DNA of 64,000 nt from Nemertoderma westbladi (Eukaryota > Animalia > Xenacoelomorpha), in assembly GCA_032718475.1 (NCBI GenBank), contig JAUCBJ010007329.1, positions 1-64,000 on the forward strand, written 5' to 3'. Of the stretch, positions 26,904 through 40,400 are shown piece after piece (positions within the stretch are counted from its first letter, which is position 1; every line of letters begins with the position of its first letter). A program made the translations under genes and the position numbers. The notes beneath the pieces were generated by a model, which was not told the origin of the DNA, searched no databases, and saw only the letters and a list, made by a program, of their open reading frames with translations.

Positions 26904-28743
26904 CGAAAGACTTTTTTACTAACAATGGGGTGGCGGTATCCTCGTATGCGCGTAGTTAATTATTTGTAGGCGAGAAGATGATTTACAATTTTCTAAACAC
27001 TTGTCAAACATCATCACAACGATCGTTGAGTTTCAGACGCATCCGCAACTTAGTTCGGTTAGAGATGAGGGACAAGAAATAGTTACTAATTCCGTTCATG
27101 TTACAAAAATTATCTACAAATTTATAATTATAATAATATGATATAAATTTCAAAATTTTAGTGACAATTTGTGGGCCTATCTGAGTATCTCTTCAAACAA
27201 AATAAATAACACTAATACGCAAAAGCGTAAATTATCTTTCTTTAAGTCATTTATTAGATAAGATGAAAGACATCAACAATAGTTTCCTTTGATTGCAGAC
27301 TGGCTCCACCCATTGTTTTACTGAATTTCCCTCACCCCATCCTACCTAACCCAACCTGGTATCACTAGCTGGTTGGTGGTGTCCATATCTTACTTCGTAT
27401 CGCACATGCGCGCACACTGATAATTCAAACACTTTGAATGAAAGACAGAATCTGAAACAGAAATTCTAGCAATATAGAAAATAGATGTAAAAAAAAAGCT
27501 ATTTCCCAACATTATAATGAACAACCTGTTAGCAGTAAATTGGTGTCGCACACGCGCGAGAATTAAATGCCCTGAAACCATAAAACTCAACATCATCACA
27601 GGTTTGTATTCCTCAACCTCAAACGACGCACTAACAGTTCTTCGCCACAGGCGTAAATTATTACCGCACCGCAGTTAAACCAACGAACGACCACCGTATA
27701 TTTATGCATATCAAATTATTACGCTTCCAACAGGTTTCAATACGTTCTGGGCCCCAGAGAATCTCTTGGCGATGGCCTTAGTCATTAACGCCGTGTTTAG
27801 CCGGCCATTACTGGGCTATTACCTACGAAATTCTGTACCAATTTAAATGTTAATGTTTTCGTCAGCCCACCAAAGGGAACATCCAATCTTAGATTGTTCC
27901 AAGCACTCGAGCGAGTAAATCTAATTTGAGTGGGATCACCCAGCAGATTTACATCAACTCATTTGGGAAAGCCAACCGTCAGGGGACATAGTATCATTAT
28001 CTCAGAAACCATTAAAAATCGATACTATTTTACGAAAGTCACTGAAATTCAGAATGACTAAAACACGGAAACAAGTGGGTAATCTTGTATTGCAACACTT
28101 AAAAATGAAATGGTTTTAACATTCGAATGATTTTTGAATTTAAATCAATATTTTAGTAGATAGTAAACAGTTAATGTTATTCTTAATGTTAAACTAATAT
28201 GTTAAAGATATAGAACTTGTTTTCACTACGCATGCTCATTTGAGGCACAGGTTAAACTCCGATAAAAGGTCTGTGGTAATTCCATACTGGTGTGTCTGAT
28301 CTTAAGCTAGAGACTTGTTGAGCTTTCGCCAACATAGCAGTAACGAAGTGTGGGTTAGCGAGTAAGTATTCAGCTTTGGAAGTTAGAGTGGGGTACCCCT
28401 ACCTTATAGGCAACTGCCAACTGATGATTCGCACTTTCGTGGATCGGCTCATTAAACAAACTATTAGTTAACTAACGACAAACTAATTATATAAGTTGCG
28501 CTTTTACTCAGAATCGCCCAAAGCTAGCGGTACTGGTACCTCAGATTTTGTACATTAAATTGGCCTCAATTCGATCCCGTGGGATCACAATCTCCCATAC
28601 CTTGGGGCCCGAACAATGTACACGAGCAGTGATACTACAACAGTTTGGAATGTAAAGCGAGATTGTTAATAAGTAATTAGGCCCTTGTGTAACACACGCC
28701 TCTAGTCTGTGCGTTGGATCTCTACAAATTGCGCATCCCAATT

Positions 28744-29090
28744 ACACCATATATCTCCTGGAATATACTGTCTCTAATTCAGGAACAGGGTACCTTCCCT
28801 CCCCAACATAATTTTTTATGAATTGTAATTGGATTGATTGGAATTTGAAACAGATATACTTTGATCTTCATATTTACTTGTAGGTGAGTCATCAATTACA
28901 TTTTCTCTTTCAATCTTTTGTTCTAAGCGTTAAAAAATGTGTCTCTATCGAATTGCACCAGTCGTAATGTAGTTATTCCTCAATATTATATAGTTTCGTT
29001 GGTACCGATGGAAAGATGACATTGTAGGGATTCCAAGTAATAAAATCGGAATCTCGTTATGTAGAACTAAGGTAGTTAGATTTATGGCTA
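28744..29090 (+). mobile_element. Diverged fragment of the long-TIR foldback family seen at 41461-47373
   Basis: TACACCAT..TCCTGGAATATA, TTTGAAACA, TTTCAATCTTT..AAGCGTTAAAAAA.GTGTCTC and GATGGAAAG..GGATTCCAA are collinear with 41459-41780. Confidence 0.65.
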
Positions 29091-30456
29091 ATTTAGCTTT
29101 TTAGTAAATAAACGATTGTCAACAAATAGTTAACATATCACAATCAACTTTCACTTTTAATTTTCCCCCCAGCCTGGCAACTAATTAAAAAAATAAATTC
29201 AAAATAATATGTTTAATTAAATGTAAAATGAATCATTTAACAATATTAAATACAACTATAATATTTAATATATCTACAAGGCAAAAATGATCTACTTACT
29301 ATATTACTAAATATTATCACACATATTAAACCGATTAAACAGTAGACAAAAGAGACATTGTTTTTAAAGGTAATGAAGGAACATAATTGTTATTTAGATA
29401 ATATAAAAATATATATTCCAATAGAAAAGGTGGGAAAGTGGGGGATGGGGGGAGTGTCACTGTAGCTGTACATAGCACATGATAATGGGACCGGTATAAA
29501 TTTTATAAACCTAGAAATGCCAGCAAGCTGGCTATAAGTGGAACGAACGTCTACCCTTATTGCAATCATTTGCACGCCGATATTAGTGCCACATACACAC
29601 ATCCGTACCACTTGGGATGACAATCTGCAGTACTACAGACAGTAGCCTGCCCTGCCGGTACCGATATACTGAAACAATTCACTAAACACTAAACCAAATG
29701 TTATTTTTGTGTCCATGGCAGTTTTCGTCTGTCGGTATTTATGTTGATATAAATCTTAATGATTAACAACATATTGTATCGGAGGATTTTCCATGATATA
29801 CAATATACATACATGGATAATACTACATATCATACGTTTACAGGTATAAAAGCTCTGATAGATTTCATTAATAATTAATAGATTGGAAAATAATTTGATT
29901 AAAAGTTTAAATTTTGTGCAAAATGGGTTTAATCAGTTTAATCTGTTAATGAATACTAATTAATTAATACAATGGAAGCCATTCTGTTATTATGCACATG
30001 TAAATAAATTGTTAGGTCATTATAAAAATAACGCAGCTTTTGAAATGAATAATAATCTTAAAACCAAAATGATACGAAATAAAGTTACTATATATACCGC
30101 TTTCGTTACAACAGTTTTGTCACGGTTTTGGAGCCGGGAAATCCAGTAGAAAAATGCGGAGAAATCTCAATAATGTAAATAATATATTTATTTGAATTAA
30201 ACTTATTCTAGAATGCAAAAAAATGGTTGTGAGTTTCTAAAAGCACCCTTTGTAATGTTTATTATTATATGTGAGAGATAACAAAAATAAAGCGGTGTTC
30301 TAGAATCTTTTATTACAATACTAAATAAATATAATAAGCATTAATCCTATTTAGTCACATCTTTTGGAATAATAGTTTTTCTGCCTCAAAAACCGTAAAT
30401 ATAGGCATCCAGACCATTAGGTTGCATGGAAGGTATGATTCCTTTTTGCACGACTA

Positions 30457-31021
30457 TAGGGTTGGTCTAATAAAAGTCTAATAGGGTTGGTCTAATAAAA
30501 GTCTAATAGGGTTGGTCTAATAAAAGTCTAATAGGGTTGGTCTAATAAAAATCTAATAGGGTTGGTCTAATAAAAGTCTAATAGGGTTGGTCTAATAAAA
30601 GTCTAATAGGGTTGGTCTAATAAAAGTCTAATAGGGTTGGAGCGCGAAAAAAAAATTGTTGGGCTAGAGAAACAATCGATAAGGGGTAACAAGGTGCCCT
30701 GAATCGAGTGGCGGTGTGTGTTTTTTGTAAAAACACGAGGGAACGGTCAAAAAGGCGGGTTTAAGTAAGAGCGGGATGCCAATTTTTAAAATCTGCTGTG
30801 ATTGGCTGCTGCTGATTTGACGTCACTACAAAATGATCTGATAATTTTTTATTTTGGATTCTATGGAGAGAGATTTTCGATCCATTCAAATACACATCTA
30901 ATCTCATAATTTCACACACAAAAACACACCGCCACTCGATTCAGGGCACCTTGTTACCCCTTATTCAATTGTTTATTTTTAATGCCCCGAACCCTATTAG
31001 ACTTTTATGAGACAAACCCTA
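30457..31021. mobile_element. hAT-type MITE with left TIR expanded into a 25-bp minisatellite
   Basis: TAGGG...CCCTA ends. (ATAGGGTTGGTCTAATAAAAGTCTA)x7 at 30456-30640 mirrors the right end. Inner inverted repeat at 30680-30728 / 30918-30964. TSD is degraded (CACGACTA/ATAGACTA). Confidence 0.75.
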
Positions 31022-32235
31022 ATAGACTATTAGACATTATGAAAATGAATAAATATATGACATAATATATAAACTTGCATTTATTAAATGAATATAAAAA
31101 AATCCAAATATTAAATTGGCGTCCGCCGTCCATGTATTGTATCTAACATTGTTCTGTTTGTGTACTTTATTAGCGGGTGATTAACGTTTATTTTACAATT
31201 ACGTCATTTCCATTTATAATTAGCGCAAATAAATTGTTAAGTTTTCAAAAATAATATTATAAATTAGAATTATTGAGCTCATTTCGTACACAGAGACTCT
31301 CCAAAATTAATAGGAAAATAAATAAAATGGTTGACCAAATATTCTGGCAAATACGTGGAAAGGAATATATATATTCTATTAAGTATTAACTATTCAAAAT
31401 TAAATAATTATTTAACAATTATTATCACATAAATATTGTGTGTTGCAATCTATTTGTACGATTTGTAAGATTATCAAAGTTCACAATTATACGTTTAAGA
31501 CCTGAGTATATTAATGTAAACCTCCCTCGCTGCGCTCGCTCGGTACATAAATACACTCGGGTCATCATAACACTAAAAAGTTATACTTTTCACACAATTA
31601 TGTAAATAGTTATGATTATCAATTATTAATAATTTCAATATTAGTAAATAAATTCATAGTTATGATAAAACTTTCTTGATTTAATAAATTTTATTCTTGA
31701 TTCAGAATAAATGTCACGAGAGAAAATAACAAACCTTACCGATATGCACAAATCAAAACTAAAAACCAACTGTAACCCGTTGGGTGATCAGAGATCATAC
31801 AGGGCGGAATCAACAGGATCATTATGTTTCGCCCTAGTGGGCTTTATCAGGAGGTTAAGCTAAATGGTATGGTCTATATTTAATAGCACTGCACGTTTCC
31901 CCTCTCCATTTAGAATGGTATCTACCAACTGTAACTATTTAGCACTTATCCTCCTGATAAAGCCTCCCATTTGGAGCAAAACCTGCCGATCAGCTTTCAC
32001 TGCCGCAAGTCAGTTATTTTTAAGTTTTGAATTGTTACATACCGACCAAATCTATTTTCAAATTATTTGCTACAAGCTGTTAAAAATACATATTTAGCAT
32101 TATTCAACCAACTCTGTTGGCTATACTTTTCGTCTTTGGAATTAAATATCGCTTTCATTAGAACCGCGTAGATTTCGAATCTGAAAGCCGATTCCAATAA
32201 ATTCAGGAGATTTATCAAATCCAAAGGTATACATT

Positions 32236-32949
32236 TAGTGTTTAAACGGGATCCCGATCCCAAAAAACCGGCAATCCCGGTCCCGATCGCGACGTTTTTG
32301 GAACGGATCCCGAAATATGAATAGTGAAGTAAATTTCTTGAGTTTCTGATAAACAGTTCCAGCCGAACGAAAATGTTTTGATTATATTGAATTTTAAGAT
32401 CAGTTAACCACCCAGTTAACCACCCAGTTAACCACCCAGTTAACCACCCAGTAATCAATTACAAAATAATTTAAATATAACTTTAGGAAGTGGCTATACT
32501 GACCGGACCCTATAAATATCGTATTGAAGCTTTATATTTTATTTATAATTTACTTGTGTATTATTGAACGGACCCTTATTAGTGTATTACCACAATTAAG
32601 TGACCTGCATAATCTTGTAACATGTGTTAACTTTAGTTTATTGTTTTGGTTCCCCCAACACGCCTCTGTACTGTAACCTGCTCCTTTACTAACCTGCTCC
32701 CTTAAATGGCAACGAGTCCGGTCAGTTGAGCAATGGGTCCGTTCCCCAGTTGCCTTTTCCATAACTTTATCTTACTAATATTTCAGAAGAGTAAGATAAA
32801 GTTAATGTTACCCAAAACCCGCCACATATTAACGTTAAAGGACTTTAATACAAAATTCCAATCCCGATCCTGAAAAACGGGATCCCGAGAGAGATACTCC
32901 CGGTCCCGATCCCGGAAATCCCAAAAAGTCTGATCCCGATTAAACACTA
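32236..32949. mobile_element. hAT-type MITE with GATCCCG subterminal repeats, containing (CAGTTAACCACC)x4 at 32401-32453
   Basis: TIR TAGTGTTTAAACGGGATC / GATCCCGATTAAACACTA. No clean TSD. Confidence 0.65.
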
Positions 32950-32958
32950 GTATGGCTA

Positions 32959-35384
32959 CATGGGTCAATAAGCTTAAAAGTGGCCAATGGTTTGTCCGGA
33001 AGTTACGATATAATTTTAAATGCTTTAATTTATTCGTATTTAATAAAGTTATATATTATTTTGTAGCTAATTTATTTGCGCAGCTTACGCACTAAAAATG
33101 ATCAAAATCTGTAAAGGCAGTCAAAAGAAATGCCCCATCAAAGACTGAAATATCGTGAAAATCACTTGTCCCTTACATGACAAGACCACAAACAACTGTA
33201 AATTGTATCACCCCACGTGGCAAATATATAGGAAACCTATATATTGTTGGGGAGCTTAGATGTTTTGCTTTCTTTTCCGATATATTTCAGGCCATAATAT
33301 TCATGTTGAACCATTTGAGATCGATACATAAAATGGGCATGGATTTTTCAATTTTTGTGTCACATCTGTAACATTTACGTCTAGAATCTGAAGTAGTAAC
33401 TGTAGGTTTTCAGTTTTGATATATTTAGAATCTACAGGGTTTCTAACATATATAGGCCAAATATCACATACAAAGGACAAGGTCATCTCATTTGGGAAGC
33501 ATTTATGTTTAACAAAGTCAATATAGAAAGCATAAACGTCCATATCTGTAACGCTACAAATGTGGCCATAGATTTTGATAATATTAATCTCATACAAGTA
33601 TAATGGTACGTGTGGAAAGGCAATTTTAATTTATGCCGCATCAACCCCAAGAGTTAATGTGATAAATAAACACCTATGATGTATGGCGGTGGTAAGCGTT
33701 TTTGTCAACCATCTGTAACGCGTCACCGTTACAGTGCAGTGCGTTACAGATAGGGCATGTCTCATCTGTAACGCATTATATAACCAGTTATCGATGCGTT
33801 AAGACTATAGGTTTTCAGTCATATCTATATGACAGTCTATCTGTAACCTGAAATACAATAAGGCATCACTGACAATATTTGAATGCTTACGCGTTTGAGA
33901 CGTCATTCGTCTTCCTACTGACATCCTGCTCATGGTAATGTGGTAGTGTAAGATGGGTAAGTGTAAAACGCGGAACCGGATGCAGGATCCGGATCGGTAC
34001 CCGGATTTTGGGGTTAAAACGCGGATCCGGATTTTCATGAAATCCGGAAATGAGTCCAAAATGCGTTTTCAAGATAATTTTCATTGTCAAGTGTTACTGG
34101 ATCCCGTAAGGGGACTAAAACACGGATTCATGTTTATCTCTATCCGGGAAGAGGTGATTGTGGATTCTGGGGAGTAAAGCGCAGATTCACTTCACCTATG
34201 AAATTGTATGAATCCAGAGCTTCTGGGTCCGTGGTAAATAATTTAGGAATTAATTGCAAATATATACAATCTCCATCTTATAAATTTTATGTATTAATAA
34301 AATGTGCTTTCTGGAAAATTTCGCTTTATTTCGTTTAGAATTGTAGAAGATACATTTCCTACAAACAGTGTTTTTTTTAACATACAATATATTGTACAGA
34401 CGGTCCTTTGCCCAATGTTTTGTTTTTCGTTTTTCATGATTAGGGTCTGCAGACGTACAGTATATAGATAGACTTCAATAAATTTGTATGTCTAATTTCA
34501 TCTGACATGAAGCAATAAATAAACAAAAGTAAAGAATCCACTGACTGTTATCAGTGAGTCTTGTGTAACTTCAATGTAATGTAAGATTATAATTTACTCT
34601 AATGATTAAATTCTCTAATGCGTATAAAAGGCCTATATTTTACTATCAATTTCTAAATCATTGGCTTAACATCACTTACTTACTTACATGACGGACTTGT
34701 GCACTACTTATATTATTGTGATAAGTTTAGTCAGATCCGTTTATTGGATGAGTTAATGGGCGTCTCTGAATCAGTTGCAGAGAAACGCCAGGGAGCGGTT
34801 AAATAAGTACAGAGAAAAAATGGACCGCGGTTGTTATACAGAGTATTTTAAACAAGCATAAAAAGCGGCGCGATAGAGAAAATTTAACACGGGATAAAAA
34901 AAATCGTGTAAAACAAGATTATCGGTTACACAGAAAAATGTTAATGAAAAACTTTTTCTATATTTATTGGAAATCATATGTATTAAGTACATATATAATT
35001 TTGTGGATGCGTTGGTTATGGTCAGATATCTCTGTTTGTTACAGATGTTTGTCCAATAAATTACCTTATTGTCGAAGCAATAAGTTATAAATACTGCAAA
35101 ATCCATATAACATAATTACCGTTACAGATGGCCGTTACAGACGTTTGTCCCATAAATGTCATCACTGTAATGCGTTACAGTGGTAGACAAAAACGTTACA
35201 GATATGACATTAGTTTTTGCCATATATATCCCTTTGAGCAGCGCGTCATGCTCTCCCTCTACCATCACAAGATTCGCCATGAAATTAACTTTCGAATGGT
35301 GTATGGTATGGCACTAATTTCCGACAAAAATTTTTCGGTCAATTTGTACCCCTTTTTGGCCACTTTTAAGCTTATTGACCCACA
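32959..35384. mobile_element. Non-autonomous TIR DNA transposon, ~2.4 kb
   Basis: Perfect 27-bp TIR TGGGTCAATAAGCTTAAAAGTGGCCAA. CATCTGTAAC motifs on the left and GTTACAGA motifs on the right. Superfamily not assignable. Confidence 0.75.
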
Positions 35385-36284
35385 TACATTTTGACACGTA
35401 AATCGCTATAATTCTAATTGTTTTTACTCAATTCTAGAATATAAAATACGCGTAATGATAAACAAGGTAGAGAGTTTTAAACGCTCAGCTAAATAATAAT
35501 TAATATTCTAGAATTAAGACAAAAACATTAGAATATATATCGAATCGATATTCGTGTGAAAGAAAATTATATCAGAAGGAATAGACTTTATAATTTTGAT
35601 AATTATCTTTAAAAATTTTTGCTAAAATTTAAAATTTAAAACGGTTTTCAGATTCGGAATCTGCAGATAAAGGCGGTTCAAATGATTACATTCCATGAAC
35701 CAAAATAACCAACAGAGTTCCGGTTGTTAAATATTGTGAAATTGGCATTTTAAACGGCTTGTTGTAGCTAAATAATTGAATAATCCGGCTCTGCCAGCTG
35801 TAAGAAAAGTTGTCGAACTATCTTCTTACCAAAATTCGTAGCATTTGATTGAAATTTGAAAAGAGGGGGGGGGGGGGGGTTGTCCGACGTGTACAAATAC
35901 AAAAGGTTGGTGTATTATGGGATGGGATGGTAATTAAAATTAATTAATCTAAATATTAAAATAAGATGCAATTAGAAAAACATAATTTTTTTTTAATTTT
36001 AATTTTTAGAAATATATAACGAAAAATTATTGTTAGCTTTTAAAATTCCTGAAATGGCGCTATAGAAATCATAATGATTTGAAATATTTATATTTTTCTC
36101 TTTTAAAATAAATTTTTTTTGCTACGCATGAAAAATCAATCAATGAAAATTAACTTTGTGATAAAATTAAATAAAACAAAAACTGAAAAAAGCAAAAAGC
36201 GTTATAAAGTAGGAAATTTACCAAGAATCATAACATAAACGTGGTTACCGTGGTTACTGGTAAGCAGCGGGTTTAAACAGCTTG

Positions 36285-38642
36285 TTAGGTAACTTTGGAT
36301 GTTTTTAGGAGCGCTTGCACTGTCTTACTAACACTAACTGGACTCTTCCCTTCCAGAATGTCCTGTGGGGAGCAGACTGTCTCCTCTCTCAACCCCAGTC
36401 GCCTACACGCCGTTATAAAGGACTCGACATTTAGTCGACTCTTCGCGTTAGAGAGTTTAGCGGTGGAGGGAGGCGGTAAATGAACCATGGGCACCGCCCG
36501 GGGCGCCAGTTGCTTCACCAGCTGACACAGAAGCACCCCGTCGGCCAGCGCAGCGGGGAGGTCCTCCGGCAACCTGCGCCGTAGACGCTGCTCCAACACC
36601 GAGCGCAGCTCCGTCGTTCGCTCCATCTCGTACTTCAACTGCTCCAACCTCCGGCGTTGCGTGAACCCCGAGGGAATCTCCTGCGTCGTCGTCGAGGAAG
36701 AGTTCGACTCGGAGGAACTCGTCCGCGGTTTCAGATTCGATAAGAATGTTTGGGGGGAGTAGGAGTTGGGTATCCGTTGGTCTACGGGGGGAGGGGAGGT
36801 GGGCACTGAGGCGGGCGCGGTGGGGGGCGACGTGGGGGGCGGAGGAGGCGGCTCTGTAGGTCGTCTTCCCGGTTTACTATCTCCGGGACGTGGCTTCGTT
36901 TTACTTTGCGGCGCCAACATGACCGAGTCGACGGAACTCTGGCTGGACACACTCGAGGTGCTCTCCCGCCGCGTTCCGTTCCGTTCCACCACCGTTCCGT
37001 TGCTACGTTCCTCGCCATTCACCGTTACCGACGTCTCCGATTTTTTATGAATCAAAGAGGAGAAGTTGCTACGGAAACCGGAACGCTTCGCGTCGTATTC
37101 CGGCATCCGGCGGCGACGGTTGGACGAGGCGGTGGACTGGTAGCGGTTCGCGGAGGCGCCGATGGGGGGCGCCAGCTGGGTGGGCGAGACCGCGGGGAGG
37201 CTGCGCACCGTCGGCACGGTGGCCACGGCCCCGGACTCAAACGGACTCGGATCGATGAACCGACGGACCTGCGGAGTCGGATTCGCCACCGAGTTGAGTT
37301 TATTATTAGTGGCGGGAGATTTAAACGTGGAGACGCCGTACCCGTTGCTTAGAGACGGCGGCTCCACGCTGGCGGGCCGATTGTCCGTGGCGATCTCGTT
37401 CAGCCCCTTCTGGAAGGACGACGAGCGGCGCGGCGGTTCCGGTGGCGTCGCGCCGCGCCGTTTCAGCGCGGCAACAGATTTTCCACCGCGCGACACTCCC
37501 GGCGAGTTGGAACCGTCGCCCGGAGGTGGAGTGACGTCATCCGATAGTCTACGATGGGGCGCGATCTCCGTGACGTCATCCGGTGGCGCGGCGATCGGCT
37601 TACCGGCGGCGTTGTTTACTCGGTTGCCCCGCAACCGTGCCATCTGTGCGCGGATCCCGCCGGGACCGGAGTAGTCGATGCCGCCGTGCGAGATGCGCGA
37701 CAATGCGGACGAGAAGCCACCGCTAGGGGGCGCCGCGCCCGGGACCGCGCCGCTAGGGGGCGCATCCACAGACAGACGCCGCTCGGTCGCCAGACTGCGA
37801 GTCCGTCGCTTCTCCGTCACGACGCCCCCCAACGTCGCCGCCCGGTACCGCGGATTCTTCACGAAGGTCCTGGAAGTCTCCGATTGGTTGACCACGACAC
37901 TGCCTGACTCGGACGACGACTCCGACTCCGACTTACATACGGAGAGGGGCGGGGCCGCGTTTGTCGGAGTCTTGGAGCGCTCGTCGTTGGACGAGCTGTC
38001 GTCCTCTATGTAGGGGATGGTCAGGTTCGAGAGACGGCCTCGAGAGGCGTGGCGTTCGTTACCGTAGATCGGGTCCGCCGGAGCCCCGTCCCCAGCGCTC
38101 CCTATCGGTCGCGAAGGGAACCCGTCGCCCCCAAGCGACCGCGCACTGAACTCCCCGTTGTCGGCTGTTACGTAACCCGAGTCTCTGTAGCCGCCGCGAC
38201 GTTTATTATAAACAGCGCCATCCAGCGGGCGGTGCAGGTCTCGCAGAACGTCCTGCGCACTGCTCTCCTTGGCAGCCGCCACAGACAGGTACTTGAGTAT
38301 ATGGAGACGCCCCCTGGTGGAGAGTGCGGACGGGGGGTGGACCAAGGGGTTGTGCGCCACCTGGAGGGTCTCCAAGGAACGCATTAGATGCAGCGAGTTC
38401 GGCAGGGTGGCTATCGAGTTCTCCCGGACATCCAACACCGAGAGTCGCAGTTCGCACAGCTCGGGTGGAAGTTGGACCAGTTTGTTGCGTCGCAGATTCA
38501 ACCTGCGTAGGAACGGGAGGTCCCGCAGGGAAGGGGGCACCGCGGTTAGCTGGTTGAACGATACGTCTAGGTCGTTGAGGGACGTTAAGTCGCTAATCTC
38601 CTCCGGGATGGAGACCAAACGGTTACTGGAGACGTTCAATAC
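36285..38642 (-). CDS. LRCH: LRCH (leucine-rich repeat and calponin homology domain protein) exon 2, 785 codons plus stop
   Basis: Acceptor TTATCCAG|GTA TTG AAC. Contains LRRs (LDVSFNQL, LNLRRNKL, LDVRENSI), the LRCH-like NPLVHPPS..RGRLHILKYL and DSGY motifs, a low-complexity linker, and a C-terminal CH domain (LADGVLLCQLV...NVESFITACRRLG). Confidence 0.93.
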   Translation of the reverse strand, partial: VLNVSSNRLVSIPEEISDLTSLNDLDVSFNQLTAVPPSLRDLPFLRRLNLRRNKLVQLPPELCELRLSVLDVRENSIATLPNSLHLMRSLETLQVAHNPLVHPPSALSTRGRLHILKYLSVAAAKESSAQDVLRDLHRPLDGAVYNKRRGGYRDSGYVTADNGEFSARSLGGDGFPSRPIGSAGDGAPADPIYGNERHASRGRLSNLTIPYIEDDSSSNDERSKTPTNAAPPLSVCKSESESSSESGSVVVNQSETSRTFVKNPRYRAATLGGVVTEKRRTRSLATERRLSVDAPPSGAVPGAAPPSGGFSSALSRISHGGIDYSGPGGIRAQMARLRGNRVNNAAGKPIAAPPDDVTEIAPHRRLSDDVTPPPGDGSNSPGVSRGGKSVAALKRRGATPPEPPRRSSSFQKGLNEIATDNRPASVEPPSLSNGYGVSTFKSPATNNKLNSVANPTPQVRRFIDPSPFESGAVATVPTVRSLPAVSPTQLAPPIGASANRYQSTASSNRRRRMPEYDAKRSGFRSNFSSLIHKKSETSVTVNGEERSNGTVVERNGTRRESTSSVSSQSSVDSVMLAPQSKTKPRPGDSKPGRRPTEPPPPPPTSPPTAPASVPTSPPPVDQRIPNSYSPQTFLSNLKPRTSSSESNSSSTTTQEIPSGFTQRRRLEQLKYEMERTTELRSVLEQRLRRRLPEDLPAALADGVLLCQLVKQLAPRAVPMVHLPPPSTAKLSNAKSRLNVESFITACRRLGLREETVCSPQDILEGKSPVSVSKTVQALLKTSKVT

Positions 38643-39049
38643 CTGGATAATATATAATAATAAACATACACCATTTGCATAACAATAATATTATTGTTAT
38701 TTATCTAACCATACAATATGGTGATGTAATATTTCAACCAATTGGCCGTTATCAAAGAAAGAAAAAGCACCAGTGTTTGACAGCTAAGTAAAATGCAGAT
38801 AGGGGGGGGGGGGGGGGGTAATCCCTTTTCAGGTGAAATTATACGCAAAAATAACAGCTGATTATTCCCCAAAATAAAACTGTAACCTGTTATGTAATAT
38901 AATAATATACACCCCCACCCGGGGTAAATTGAAACTGCTAAATTAAGAACTGTAAAAGGCCGCACTATTAGTAAAATATGTATAGTTAGTGATATAAACA
39001 ATAAATATTAATTTAATTATAATAAAATAAAAGTTGATTAGTTTATGGA

Positions 39050-39285
39050 TGCTTCATGGTAGGTTTGCTAGTGTGGATAACGAAGGGCTACAGGGGCATG
39101 TCAGGGCATGGTAGAGGTGCCAGTGCATAATCTTGTACTTTGGCAGCCTCATGGAGTGAATAAGCATGGTGGACAGCCCATGACTTTCTTGAGACGCATC
39201 TTAAAGGACACTGGCCTTGAAGATGCGGATGATCTAGCAAATGTCATGGGTGATAGGGAGTTGTGGCGGCGCAATTTTTTTGTGA
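39050..39285 (+). mobile_element. RTE-like LINE 3' fragment
   Basis: PVHNLVLWQPHGVNKHGGQPMTFLRRILKDTGL...DRELWRR resembles RTE-type ORF2 C-termini. Near-identical to the inverted copy at ~56120-56225. Confidence 0.6.
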
Positions 39286-39905
39286 CAGCATTCTTAAAAA
39301 TGCAGCTGCAATGCAGCATGCCGATCCTAGTAGTAGTGTCACAGCACAGAAACTGCATACGCACTCTGAGGTTCTCGTATGGAATGGCTGGCGGTTGCAG
39401 CATAATTTATGTATGATGGAACCCATGGGCCGTTGTACGCATTACTAGTGAGCGGTTTTTCTGCCCGGAGCTCTTCCATGTAGAACTGGAAATACCCGGT
39501 CCGTCCCTGAATCCCTCAGCAATAAAGTTTTCCTCTCGTTCGCGTCTAGAATGTTTATATTCTAGAACGGTGTTGGAGTCGAAAATATGCGGTGATTTGG
39601 ATAGTATAAACTCCACCAGAGTGCGTTCCTAAATGAGCTTTAACGCGAGTGTGGTTGAGGCAGATGTATACAGACCCAGAACTCTCTTTACGAATAAACC
39701 TTTTGTTTTATCAATTTCTTTCAGGTGGGTGAGCTTTAGATGGGGGGCGATTACTGAAAAGCAGTACGTGATCATAGGTGAAATTTTCATTCTGAAAATA
39801 GCCATTGCAGTCTCTATTGATAATAAATGTAAATGATTAATCGAGCCGATTACACCATACGCTTTATTCTTTTTCTTATCTGCTTATGTTATATATATAT
39901 TTTTG

Positions 39906-40400
39906 TTATGTTATATGCTTTGTGAAGCAAAGCGAGGACTGAAGGGTAACGCCCAAATACTCGTATTCGTTTGTTAAACAGAATTTTGAAACGGCGTATG
40001 TAAATGAGTCTGCTGCAGCGAGTCTCCTGCCTTTTCGAAATTTGACAATCTTGGTATAACTAAATTGACTGCCATCCAATTTTCTTTGCACATTTATCCC
40101 AGCTTGGATGTCCTTCCTGGTTTGAATAAAAGACGAGATCGTCCGCATAAAATAGAAACTTTAATGCCACTACAGCATTACGCAATGCTGCAGCAAGGTC
40201 GGCTATAAAAACAATAAAACATGTGGGTGAGAACGAATCCTCTTGGAGTACCACCAGTAGCTGAATACGATTATCAAGCAGGTCCCTTTATAAGGTCGAA
40301 TAATTTCCCTCTGATACCATGAAAATATATCTTCTGTAACAGTTTTTCTCGACTTACCATGTCAAACGCTTTCTTGAAGTCTATGAAGGCGGCATATGTA
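39906..40400 (-). pseudogene. Non-LTR retrotransposon reverse transcriptase fragment (frameshifted)
   Basis: Motifs AAFIDFKKAFD, VLQEDSFSPTCF (GVxQGxxLSP-like), FYADDLV, YTKIVKF and YEYLGVTL. Confidence 0.85.

Noticed and set aside
36295-38682. Multiple overlapping plus-strand and alternate-frame ORFs
   Set aside because: Shadow ORFs of the GC-rich LRCH exon.
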